Assembly: GCF_009914755.1 (NCBI RefSeq)
Contig: NC_060925.1
Direction: 5' to 3' (one strand)
Source of the DNA: the human T2T-CHM13v2.0 reference genome, Homo sapiens
DNA length: 64,000 nt
Part shown: piece by piece, positions 42,676 through 54,459 of the stretch
Layout of the letters: each line of letters begins with the position of its first letter
How positions within the stretch are numbered: the first letter of the stretch is position 1
Program-made: the position numbers and the translations under genes
Notes under the pieces: model-generated
Seen by the model: the letters and a program-made list of their open reading frames with translations, nothing else
Told to the model about the DNA's origin: nothing
The model's database searches: none

Positions 42676-42745
42676 CTTCCCCTGGAAGCTGGGGTGGGGA
42701 TTAGAGAAGGCTTCCCCTGGAAGCTGGGGTGGGGATTAGAGAAGA
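42676..42745. repeat. 35-bp tandem duplication, G-rich
   Basis: cttcccctggaagctggggtggggattagagaag[g/a] at 42676-42710 and 42711-42745. Confidence 0.93.
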
Positions 42746-42989
42746 CACCTCTCAGAATCTAGAGCTGGCCCATTAACACCTTAGGTTTAAGGAGCTTTCT
42801 CAGCCCATTTTGTATTTCTAATCTTAAAATGACCAAGGCAAGGTCACAGATAATATGTGTATTTCATCCTTCTTTATGCTGAAGAATCCGCTTGTAACTG
42901 AAAGGTATTTTGTATATTAATTGGATTATCAGGTTAGATTCTTTTTCCTAAATGAGTTTCTTTAGGCCGTTTCTGCTTGCTTTTAAAAA

Positions 42990-43550
42990 ACTTTAGTTTT
43001 AATTTTAGATTTAAATGGTACAGGTAGAGGTTTATTATATGGATACATTGCGCGATACGGAGATTTGGGCTTCTGATGATCCTGTTGCCCAAGTAGTGAA
43101 TACAGAACCCTGTAGGTAGTTTTTCAAGCCTTGGCCCCCTTCCTCCCTCCTCCGTTTTGGTTGACAGAGTCTGCAGTGTCTAATGTCCCCATCTTTGTGT
43201 GTGTGTGGACCCAATGTTCAGCTCCTGCTTGTAAGTGAGAATATGCAGTATTTAGTTTTCCATTTCTGTAGTAATTCACTTAGGATAATGGCCTCTAGCT
43301 TCATCCGTATTGTTGCAAAGAACCTTATTTCATTGTTTAAAATGGCTGCATGGTATTCCATGGTGTGTATGTGACACATTTTCTTTGTCTAATCCACTGT
43401 TGATGGGCACCTGGGTGGATTCCATGTCTTTGTGAGTAATGCTGTGATGAACATACTAGTGCAGGTGTCTCTTGGTATATACTCAGTAATAGGATTGCCA
43501 GCTGAATGGTATTTCACTTTTAGTTCTTTCAGAAATCTCCAAACTGCTTT

Positions 43551-43622
<72 letters not shown>

Positions 43623-45140
43623 TCCTTCTTTCTTTCTTTCTTTCTTTCCTTCTTTCTTTCTTTTAATTATACTTTAAGTTCTGGGATACTTGTACAGAAT
43701 GTGCAGGTTTGTTACATAGGTATACATGGGCCATGATGGTTTGCTGCACCCATCAACCTGTCACCTACATTAGGTGTTTCTCCTAATAGTATCCCTCCCC
43801 TATCCCCCTGCTTCCTAACAGGCCCTAGTGTGTGATGTTCCCCTCCCTGTGTCCATGTGTTCTCATTGTTCAACTCCCATTTATGAGTGAGAACATGTGG
43901 TGTTTGGTTTTCCGTTCCTGTGTTAGTTTGCTGAGAATGATGGTTTCCAGCTTTATCCATGTCCCTGCAGAGGACATGAACTCATCCTTTTTAATGGCTG
44001 CATAGTATTCCATGGAGTATATGTGCCACATTTTCTTTATCCAGTCTATCATTGATGAGCGTTTGGGTTGGTTCCAGGTCTTTGCTATTGTGAATAGTGC
44101 TGCAATAAACATACGTGTGTATGTGTCTTTATAGTAGAATAATGTATAATCCTTTGGTAATATAACCAGTAATGGGATTGCTGGGTAAAATGGTATTTCT
44201 GGTTCTAGATTCTTGAGGAATCACCAAACTGTCTTCCACAATGGTTGAACTAATTTACACTCCCACCAACAGTGTAAAAGCATTCGTATTTCTCCACATC
44301 CTCTCCAGCATCTGTTGTTTCCTGACTTTTTAATGATCGCCATTCTAACGGCATGAGATGGTATCTCATTGTGGTTTTGATTTGCATTTCTCTTAATGAC
44401 CAGTGATCATGAGCTTTTTTTTCATATGTTTGTTGGCTGCATAAATGTCTTCTTTTGAGAAGTGTCTGTTCATATCCTTTGCCCACTTTTTGATGTTTTT
44501 TTTTTCTTGTAAATTTGTTTAAGTTTCTTGTAGATTCTGGATATTAGCCCTTTGTCAGATGGATAGATTGCAGAAATTTTCTCCCATTCTGTAGGTTGCC
44601 TGTTCACAGTGACTGAACTGATTTGCATTCCCACCAACAGTGTATAAGCTTTCCCTTTTCTCTGCAACCTCACTAATATCTGTTTTTTTTAATTTTTTAT
44701 AGTAGCCATTCTGATTGGTATGAGATGGTGTCTCATTGTAGTTTTGATTTGCATCTCTGATGATTAGCAATGTTGAGCTTTTTTCATATATTTGTTGGCC
44801 ACTTGTATGTCTTGTTTTGAGAAGTGTCTGTTCAGTTTCTTTGCCCACTTTTTAATGGGGTTATTTGTGGTTTTTTTCTTGTTGACTTAAGTTAATCTTA
44901 TAGATTCTGGATATTAGCCCTTTGTCAGATGCATAGATGTAAATATTTTCTCTCATTTTGTAGGTCGTCTGTTTACTCTGTTGATCTTTTCTTTTGCTGT
45001 GCAGAAGCCCGTCCGTTTAATTCAGTCCCGTTTGTCTATTTTTAATTTTGTTGCATTTGCTTTGGGGATCTTCATCATAACTTATTTGCCTAGTCCAATG
45101 TCTAGCAGAGTATTTATTAGGTTTTCTTCTAGTTGTTCTC
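42990..45140 (-). mobile_element. Older L1 (L1PA15/16-like) interrupted by a younger L1
   Basis: 3'UTR from about 42990 to ...aaactgcttt (43550), resuming at about 44605 (cacagtgactgaact...) and continuing to about 45140. Confidence 0.85.
43549..44607 (-). mobile_element. Younger 5'-truncated L1PA (about L1PA6-8) whose tail is a (TTTC)n microsatellite
   Basis: (TTTC)n at about 43549-43662, L1 3' end from about 43665, and ORF2 C-terminal peptides (MFIAALFTIAKTWNQPK...). Confidence 0.92.
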
Positions 45141-48100
45141 TATTTTTTTGATAAAATAAATGCCTACATTTTGCAGAACTGAAATATTAATGTGTACATG
45201 TTATTGTCTGAGTAAACTTTGTTTTTTTAGACTCATAGTAACAAAAGGAAAATAGACATCTTTAGCAACTCTTTCAGTAACAGAACATCTTTTGTATAAC
45301 CTGAACTTTTATGTCAGTTCAGGAATATAAGAGGAAAAGAAAGGAAGGCTTGGCAAGATAGGTAGCTCCCTATCAGGAGAAACGAAAATGAAAAGACCGT
45401 CGGATCAGTGTATACTCTGAGTTCTGTGGGAGCTGAGTCTGTATCCTAGAAAGCATGGAAAAGTAGTCTAGGGCAGAAATAAACCAGGCATGCTGCCAGG
45501 ATGAACAACTAGAAAAACCCTTTGGAACCATGGTCTGTCAAATGCTGATGTGCAGGCAGCTTCCTCTGTCCCCAAGGTCAGAAGAAATTCCTATATCGCT
45601 ACTTCTTTCTTCTCCTCAACATCTGAAGCAAAACCCTACAGAGTACAAAGGTAAAGTGAAGACAAAACAAGTCCTTCTAGCTTCAAAATGCTTTGATATT
45701 CTTTGTCTTTTATTTTCATAAGACTTGATAGCATGTTAATGCCACAGAATAGCAGGATTCCCTTCCATTATATGATAAACATGCTAGTGAAAAAGAATTA
45801 TAAAAAAAAGTTTTAACAGAGGAATTATGGCAACCTATGAGAATTGCTTCAAGTGGAATATATATTCATGTATTCATCAAAGAGTTGTGGTATCCACTAG
45901 ATGTCAGGCATTGAGCAAAGGATTGGACAAGGGGCAAGTAGGGCAAGGCCCTATTCTGGGCTCCTGGAATTCATAATATAAATGGCAGCATAGACAAATA
46001 TGCAAATGAACAAATATGCAGTTGAGTTACAAATTGTCAAAGGTGTTATGAAAGAAACAAACATGATATTCTGCTAGAGTTATGACTGACAGGTAAAGGG
46101 TGAGTACCCAGGAATGGCCTTGCTGAGATTTAATCTGAGAGCTGAATGATGAGAGGGAGCCAAGTATATTGTTATAGGTCAGAAACAGAAACAATTTTTA
46201 CTCTGGCTCTTCTGGGAAGACATGAAAGCCTGTGTTTACAAAAGGAGATTTTGACTTACCTAGTCACATGATCTAAAGAAACGCTTTTACTCTTATTCTT
46301 CTAAAGCGACATTTCCTGGTCCCCCACCCTCCTGACCACATTTCATATTCTTTTTCCCTGCATTATTTTTTTCTCCCCAGGTATTATAAATATATGACAT
46401 ACTTTTTCATTTACTAATTTGCCTGGTTTAATGTCTGTCTCCACCACTAGAATGTAAACTCTATAAGGAACTTGTTTCATCCATTTTGTTCATGATGGCT
46501 GTCTCTACTGCTTAGAAGAGTAACCGGCACATAGTAGATACTCAATGAATATGATTCCTGCTATACTAAGCTATTTCTTTTTGCCCCTGGAGAGGGAGAT
46601 ATGGAATTTTGAAAACTGCCAGGTCTGGAAGAATATGCTATACTTTCCAAGGTTGTTAGATTTGAATGAGAAAAATATACACTAAAGTGAGTTCCATGCT
46701 GGTGTATAGTAAAGGCTGAGTAAATATCATTCTTGGGTACTTCCCTGTCTCTTTTTTCCTAAGCACACTCAGTGAGGTGGGAGCTGTGAAACGTTATGAG
46801 GTAGGAGAAGGTGATGTCTAATGTTTCTCTACTGCCCTGTTGGCGCCCCCCAACCAAGTCTCTCTCAGTGCCTTTGCCCAGCCTTCCTCTGCACACACTA
46901 CAGCTAGCTCTATCATTTCCTCATGCCCCATCAAGTCCTACCTGTCTTCGCAGACCCTCAGGTTCCTTGGCTGTGGCTTACAAGGGACATCTGATTAATC
47001 TGTAACCAATTCATGTTGATCCCCTAGCTGATTGCCTCTTTGTCACCATGAGGCCAGCTCCTTACCATGTGTGGGTGCAGCAAGCAGGTACACCATCACC
47101 CTGCTTGTGGGATCAGGCTCCTTCTCCCCCGGACAGTGATGAGGAGACACTGTCTTCATTTGCCTCTTTACCTTTCCCATTTTAAAGCTGTTGACTAACT
47201 TCAAAAAGAATCTTTTTGAATTCCTTTTACTCATAGAAAGAAGAACAATGGAATAGTAAGGAAGAAAAGAGAAATCAAGGCTGCAGAAGAGAAGACAGAG
47301 GCACAGGGAGAGCACAGAGTAGAGAGTAAGGGGTAAGAGAAGAGAAGACAGGAGAAAAGAGAATGAATAAAAGAACAAGAGAGAAGAGAAGCAGTGGGTA
47401 AACAGCCTGTTAGATGGTGGCATAGCTTTTACCCACTGAAAAGATGTTCACAGCAAGGTCTATCAAAACCCTACCACAGTATAGCAGCTCTACCTTGAAA
47501 TAGTATTTCTAATGATAAAAATAATAACACAATAAAGTTTAGTAAACAGTATGCTAAGAGCTTTGCATATGTTTTCTCCTCCATGATCCTTTTGATTGAA
47601 GGCAAATTTTGTCATCCTATGCTCAAAATTCTTCAGTCACCTCTCATCTTACTCTGAGTAAAAGGATGGGGATCTGCTCCCCACCCTTTCTTCCAAGTAG
47701 GACCCATTCCTCAGCCCCAGCTCAGACAGTATGCCCCTCCCACTCTCTCTCTTGCTCCCTCCATTCCACACACACTGGTCTCCTTGCTATTTTTGATCAA
47801 ACCAATTGTCCTTCCTCAGGGCCTTTGCACTGGCTATTGTTTTGCCTGGAAGAGTCTTCTCTTAGATGTCCTCCTGACTCTCTCCCTTACATCCTGTGGG
47901 GGACTTCTTCCTTTGCTTCTTAAGCAAAAGTCTCCCATGGCCACCCCCTATAAAATGTCAGCCCCCACTACCATCTCTTCCTCCTGCTAGCTACTCCCCC
48001 ACTTTGCTTTAATTTTCTCCATACTACTTATCACCACCAGGGGTATAATGTTATTTTATGTCAATTGTTTGTCTTTTGCCTCCAGATTATGAGTACAGGG

Positions 48101-48554
48101 ATTATGTCAGCTTTCTTCTTGATTCATACATCGTCGGCACTTACCCCTCGAAGGTGGATACTGTTTTTCCTTCCGTAGTAGAGGGGAAAAAGTAAGCTCA
48201 CACCAGGTAAGTAAATTTTCCAAGGTCACAGACAGGAGGTGGTGAAGCCAGGTTTCCAACAGAGCTGTGTCCATGTCCAAGGCCCATGCTTTCAACCACT
48301 GTGCTAGAGGATTCCCCAACGGCTTTCCACACTGTTAGGACACCTGTCCGAAAGGGTAGGTTGGCATTTCAGGAGATGCCTTTCTGTGCTCAGTCAAGAT
48401 CAATGCAGATGTAATTGTGTAAAGCAAGACAGGACTATAAGGCAGATATAACTGCGTAAAGCAAAACATAGACTTATAAGGCAAGGTTGGTACAAATGCA
48501 CATGGCTAAAGCTTGACCTGTACGATTTACTTTGGCTGCAATGCACAGCTACAG

Positions 48555-48840
48555 AGGCAGTGGGGTATGGTGTGTGGTGGTTAAGGACATACGTTTTGTG
48601 AGATAGATGTGGCTTCCAATTCCTACGGTGCCACTACTTAGTTTTGAGACCTTGGCCAAGTTACATAATGCTCCTGAGCACCCAGTTCCTTCTACATGAA
48701 ATGGGGCTGGATAAATGGAAATAATGCCTACCCTTAGAGTTGACTTAAAAATTAAATAAGGGAATGTATACACTGTTCTTAGCATAGTCCCTGGCTCATG
48801 TAAATATTCAATAAACACTAAATAAATTACTATTATTATA
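48555..48840 (+). mobile_element. MIR SINE, near full length
   Basis: gtggttaagga...gaccttggccaagttac...tgaaatgggg...cttagcatagtccctggctcat..taaatattcaataaa. Confidence 0.8.
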
Positions 48841-49629
48841 ATTATTATGACGTTTACTTAGTATATAGACGTAGAGAAAGTTTTAGTTGAAATTGTATCT
48901 GTTAATACATTATTATTTTCTGTTAAGAATGAACATCTACATTTGGAAATAGAACAAAAAAAGAGCTTACTGCATATCCTTTCACTGTCATGCCACAGCA
49001 TTGTCTAATGAGCCGTCCTAAGGGTCATCTCACTCTGTCAGACAATGTAATTTTGTTTGGCTTAAAATTACCACTGATTACAGTCTAGCCTCTGCAAAGT
49101 TGATGTTAGCATGTAGAAAATTAATAAGATGCAAATCACTGCTGTCCAATAGAGAGGCAAATGATTTCTAACAATAGAGAATAAAACAGTAGAGAATAAA
49201 ATGTTAGGATTTTATTGCCCTTTAGACTATTAAGCAGTTTTGGATATATGACTTAAAAACGTTATTCCAGCAGTCTTTTCCCCATCCATCCATTCATCCA
49301 CCCACCCACTTACTTACCTACTTACCTATCTCAGTTTCTTGCATTCTCCTTGAATCCACTTTATTATTTTGTTGGTTCCTTTATTAATGATTTTAATATA
49401 TCTTTGATACATCCCCCTATGTATTTGTATGAGAATAAGTTTATATATATATATACCAAAATACAATACAATACTTACATAATATAGATGTACTCCTAGA
49501 AAGCAATTGATGGTATCTAAGCTATTTAATCTTGGCAAACCCTATCAGATACCTAGTTTCTGTGCTGCTACTCCTGATGATATTGACTCCTTATAAGTTT
49601 TACTGTACTTTTGCTTACTAAATATCAGA

Positions 49630-49870
49630 AAGGTATAACATAGTGTTTAAGATCAGTGGCTCTGGAGTCAAACTTCCTGGGTTCAAGCTCTTGCTCTATC
49701 TATCACTAATTAGCTCTATGATCTTGGAAAGTTGCTTAACCTACCAACAAAATGAGGCCATATGAATACCTCTTATCTCAGAGAATATTTTGAGGAGTAA
49801 ATGCAATAATGTATATAAAAGTGCTTAGCATGGTGCCTGGTCCATGGTGTTTAATAAGTATTGGTTATTA
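49630..49870 (+). mobile_element. MIR SINE
   Basis: ggctctggagtcaaacttcctgggttcaag...gtgcttagcatggtgcctgg. Confidence 0.8.
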
Positions 49871-52121
49871 TGATTTATGATTGATCTTCATTTTGGAACT
49901 TAATAAAGAAAATGAAACTTTGCAATTCTATTGTGAATGTTTGATTTTAATACTTCCTCAGCAAACTCTGGTAGTAATTGCATAATACGACAACTGTTTT
50001 TCGTAGAAGCCTACCAACTAGAAGTTCTGAAAGCAAGTGTTTACCATGAAAGGTGTTTAACTCTTAGAGAGCCCTACAAATTAAAATAGCCTACACAGAA
50101 TACAACTGAAAAATGGCCTCTACTGTTTATTTTCTAACTTTCTACACTATGGTACAGAGATAACTTATTGTTTAGTAGTGACTGGTCTAGTCTGTTTTAT
50201 TGACTTGTGCACTTTCTGACCCTGTCTAATTTAGTGTCAGAGATCACCTGTGATTTTTGTATATTTCCGAATGTGTAAGTATCTTTCCCAGTAACTTGTA
50301 CATTCTGATTTCCTTTGCACATGAGAATTGATGTGGAAAAGGCAGCTGAGCAGAGGTTGGCAACCTTTCTGAAGTGCTATGCCAACTTCCCATTTATTCA
50401 CTCTAATTTAAGGTTTTCCATGCCAGGATGAACCTCCTATCATCCAAACCACTGGAGACTGAGAACTTCCAAGACAGAGCAAGGCTACAGAAATTGAAAT
50501 TTTCATTGTATGATAGATTTTCCAACTTTTTTTCTTTCCTGAAAACCAAGAACTTTGAAAATGCTGATGCCAATTTTATGCAACCCAGACAGAACGATCA
50601 TATATGTAGGGAAGGGGTTGGTGAAGATTGCAGTTCCAAAACCTCCTGAAGCTTTTCATACAACATTTATTCATTCATGCATGCATGCCTATATATATAT
50701 ATATGCATTGTGCATTCATTTAGTAATTCATTCATTAAATCAATGTTGAGCGTCTAACAATGTGCCAGCCACTCTGGTTATGTATTTACATATACAATAC
50801 TTAACTTTTTTGACTAAGTGAGAGAACATACTTCATGCACGTAGCAGAGTGCCTGGCTCATAGTACATACTCAGTAATGAAAACCATTAGTTTTAATCTT
50901 CTGTTTAAAATTTTACAAAAGTAATAAATGTACATAGTAAAGAATCTAATAGTGCAGAAGAGTTGAAATAAAAAGCAGCAATTCCCCATGCTGCTTCTGT
51001 TTTCTCCCAATCATATTCTCCAGAGCCTTAATTTTAAAAAAATCAGTTCTTCTGATATTTACATATGTAACATTAAATAATGCAAGTACCAGTGGTGTGT
51101 ATCCTCCCCTAGACTCTCATAGGGAAATTCTCTGCTTGTTCAGCCTAGGTTCACCTTGGCCAGGGGTAGAGTTCCCTCTTATCACTTTTCTAATGAGATT
51201 CTTAAAAGTGTCCATGACTGTTGAACACCAGACTTGTTGTCTAGGGGAATAAATTGGCGTGGAGGAGACCACTCTGGAGGACAGCTCATCTTCTAAGTCC
51301 TTTTTGCATGCACTGCTTTCCAGACCTGTGTGGAAGGCAATATCCTTTTCATCCCTTCAGAATTTCTTCTCTCTTCTTGTTGCCTCTTGCTTTTCTTACA
51401 TGTTTCTCTGTGTTCTGGGCTTTCCAAGAAAAAACACCCTGAAAGCCTCTTAGTCTGGCTTTTTGAATTTTTGTTTTCCCCCTTGGTAAGGACTGGGGGT
51501 GGTATGGCAAGAGGAAAATGACCCAAAAGATTTGGAGGGAAATGCGCAGAAAACAGCTAGATTAATATTTCAAGATAGAACCATCCTGATATATTTTCTT
51601 ATTTTACTATTCTTTGATTTATCAACTTCAGACATTATTTATTGACTCCTCTCTATAAAAAAGGAGGATTTATCTCATGCTTCTTTCTATCTGCTCCTCT
51701 CCTTCCCAAAGTTGGATCATTATGTTAGCATTTTGGTTCTTCTGTTGTTTCTCTTTCTAGGTTTAAATAACAAACTTAGATCTCTTTGCATCACCTTGAG
51801 GCAGTGTCTCTTGTCTGTCCAGCAAGATGAGGGTATTTGCTCCCCTATGCTTTTCTCCCCTTTTTCATTGTCAAGGTTGCTAGTGTTCTATTCTATAGAT
51901 GTATTTAAAGTTTCTAAGTTTTATATATAGATAGCTTGACTATAAAAGTTGAAAAATGGTATACAAGATTTATTTTATAATGTCGCTTAGAAAAATTTGA
52001 AAATTGACTGTGTATTAGAAATTATTCACTCAAATGCATTATTCATGTAACATTTCTGTTGGTTTTTTTTCAACATAAAAATTTCAAGAGAAAACCTAGC
52101 TCATTTCAAAATCCAGATTTT

Positions 52122-52269
52122 AAAAAGGTTATTTTTGATTTTTATTTTTTAAAGCAACGGGGTCTCCCTATGTTGCCCAGGCTGGTCTTGAACTCCTGGG
52201 CTTGAGTGATCTTTCCTTCTGAGCCTCCTGAGTAGCTAAGATGACAGGCGCACATCACTGTCCCTAGCA
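52122..52269 (-). mobile_element. FLAM-like Alu monomer
   Basis: Single arm; 15-bp TSD caaaatcca[g/a]atttt at 52107-52121 and 52270-52284. Confidence 0.85.
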
Positions 52270-53625
52270 CAAAATCCAAATTTTCAAACAAGTTTTAAAT
52301 AGGTAAACTTTATCATGCTTTTATCTCCCTCACAAGATTTACTAAGCATTGGGTTCAAAAAGAAATATTTAAGCTTTAATTTTTAAAGGAATAACTACTG
52401 ACAGTTAATAATATTAAGAAAAAGAACATGAAAATGTCTTTTGAATGACACATTTTAAAAACATTAGTTTGAATCCGATTTCTTCAGTTCAAGTGCAATT
52501 AATAGTCTAATAAAAGAATCATCAATAAGATGGGTAAATGTGTGAATCATGTCTTAGATTTTTAAACTAAGACAAGTTGAAAATAAACACATTTTCTGGC
52601 TTCATAGATAAGCCTTGTGTTATATCAACTCTGTGACATAGATTAAAATTACAATAATGGATTAAAAGTATTATTTTATCTCATCTAAAACATGTAATAT
52701 TAGTACTGTAATGTCTTTTAGTACTTACACTAATATATGGGCTGACAGTGGTGAAACAAATACTAGGTTCCTGAAGCTTTCCTAAGCATTATAATTCTGA
52801 TATATGATCATATTATTTTCAACACCACATCTCAATTTTCTGACACATTTTTTACTTTTATAATTCTAGGATTTGCAGCATCACATTCTTCTCTAACTCC
52901 TTGCTTATGTGACTAAGAAAAGTGTTTAACTAAGTACAAAAGTTCAGAGTGTAACTTAGTGTTAAGAAGTAAGCCAGATTTTGTCCCAGATCTTACATAC
53001 TAATCAGCTTTCACTGAGAGATTAATTTACTAGAATTTCTTTTGAGTGTGCGTGTCTCCATTCATACAAAGATTCGGCTACATTTTTCTTTTTTGTGTAT
53101 TAGCTTTGTCAAGTTTGGCATTAGGCTTATGCTGGTTTTATAAAATGAATAACTTTCTATCTTTTTGTTCAGCCTGGGAACAAATTATGTAGCATAGTCA
53201 TTTTTTGAAGATTTCAAAGAACGTTTTTCAAAGAAATGTGTGGGCCTAAATATCCTTTTGGAAATATTTCATTTATAACATTTTCAAACATTTTCATAAT
53301 TATCTATATTGTTTTAAACTCCTTCCTGAGTCAGTTTTAAACACTTGCACATTCCCAGAAAATTCTCTTTTTATCTAAATTTTCAATTTTTTTAGTATAA
53401 AGACTATATGGAGATCTGTGATATACTTTAAAACTACTATAACTTTTTTTTATAACTTCTAACTTGTTTTGTGCTTTCTTTTTTTGTCTTTGTTAGAGTC
53501 TCCATGTTTGCCCATTTTGTTCGTTTTTCTGACAGCCTAGCTGTTGAATTTATTTGTCCACTTTAGAATTAAAATATTGCCAAATTTATTCTTATAATTA
53601 AAATTTTTTCAGAGTTTATGAGAAG

Positions 53626-53755
53626 TAGGATAATCATATATCCCAGTTGCCTGGCATATTCTGGTATATGCCTTCTATCCCAACGTAATTATTAGTAGTA
53701 CTCTCTTTCCTCCCCAAAATACATCAGTTGGGTAATAAATTATGTGGCCACTCTA
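53626..53755. mobile_element. MER94-like hAT-Blackjack element
   Basis: cccagttgcctgg...cgtaattattagtag...ataaattatgtggccactcta resembles recalled MER94. Confidence 0.6.
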
Positions 53756-54459
53756 ATGATAAGTGAAACATACATTTTCCTCTCAATACAATAGCAGGCT
53801 ATAATTACAATGCATAATTATAATTACAGATATTGTCTCATCCCCTGGGATGTGAAAATTCATGTTGAGGAGGTTGGGGTGGGGGAAGGTCAAAAGGCTT
53901 TTGATATTATAAATGTTTGTGGCCATCCGAAGGGCCATAGTACCTAAGTAGATAACGAGTTTAACTGCAGTATCAAATTTCATGTGGGAGGGGGTATAAG
54001 TAGGATAAAATTGTCTTAACCAGGCTCCTTAGAGGGACAATAAAGAAAAAAGAAAAGGTTGAGAAAAATGTTATAATGCTGTTTGAATACCACCATTGAT
54101 TAGTTCATTTTATTTTTCTCCTTAATAGTCATTTGGTGTTTTCTAATTTGTAAGTAAATATAGTTTCTGTTTAAACAATAAGTTATTGTTTCAACACTGA
54201 AATACCCTTGTTGACATCATCAGTGGTCAACATTGTCAACACATTGTTCTGTGTTTTTGGCTGACTCTGCTTTTCAATACCGTCTGTCCAACTTGACTAT
54301 TTCCTCCTTTTTTTTTTTTATTGAGAATATTATTGGGCTCATAGGATTAAATGAAATAAGATAGTAAGGCATTCAGAACTGTGCCTGTCCCTCCTGCTTT
54401 CCCTCTGTCTCACTGGTTATTTTCAAACTTTTTGGTTTCCTTTTTTTTTTTTTTTTTTT

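Noticed and set aside
45891-45908. CTCF-like CCACTAGATGTCAG (also the reverse motif at about 23511-23526)
   Set aside because: Weaker core and no upstream module; the 45891 copy is inside an L2. Not distinguishable from background.
46331-46386. AG|GTATTA acceptor/donor fusion; similar ones near 2110, 51760, 58802 and 62296
   Set aside because: The regenerated donors are weak and such motifs are frequent by chance in pyrimidine-rich sequence.
47043-47423. Hydrophobic 126-aa ORF on the - strand
   Set aside because: An artefact of an AG-rich low-complexity tract.
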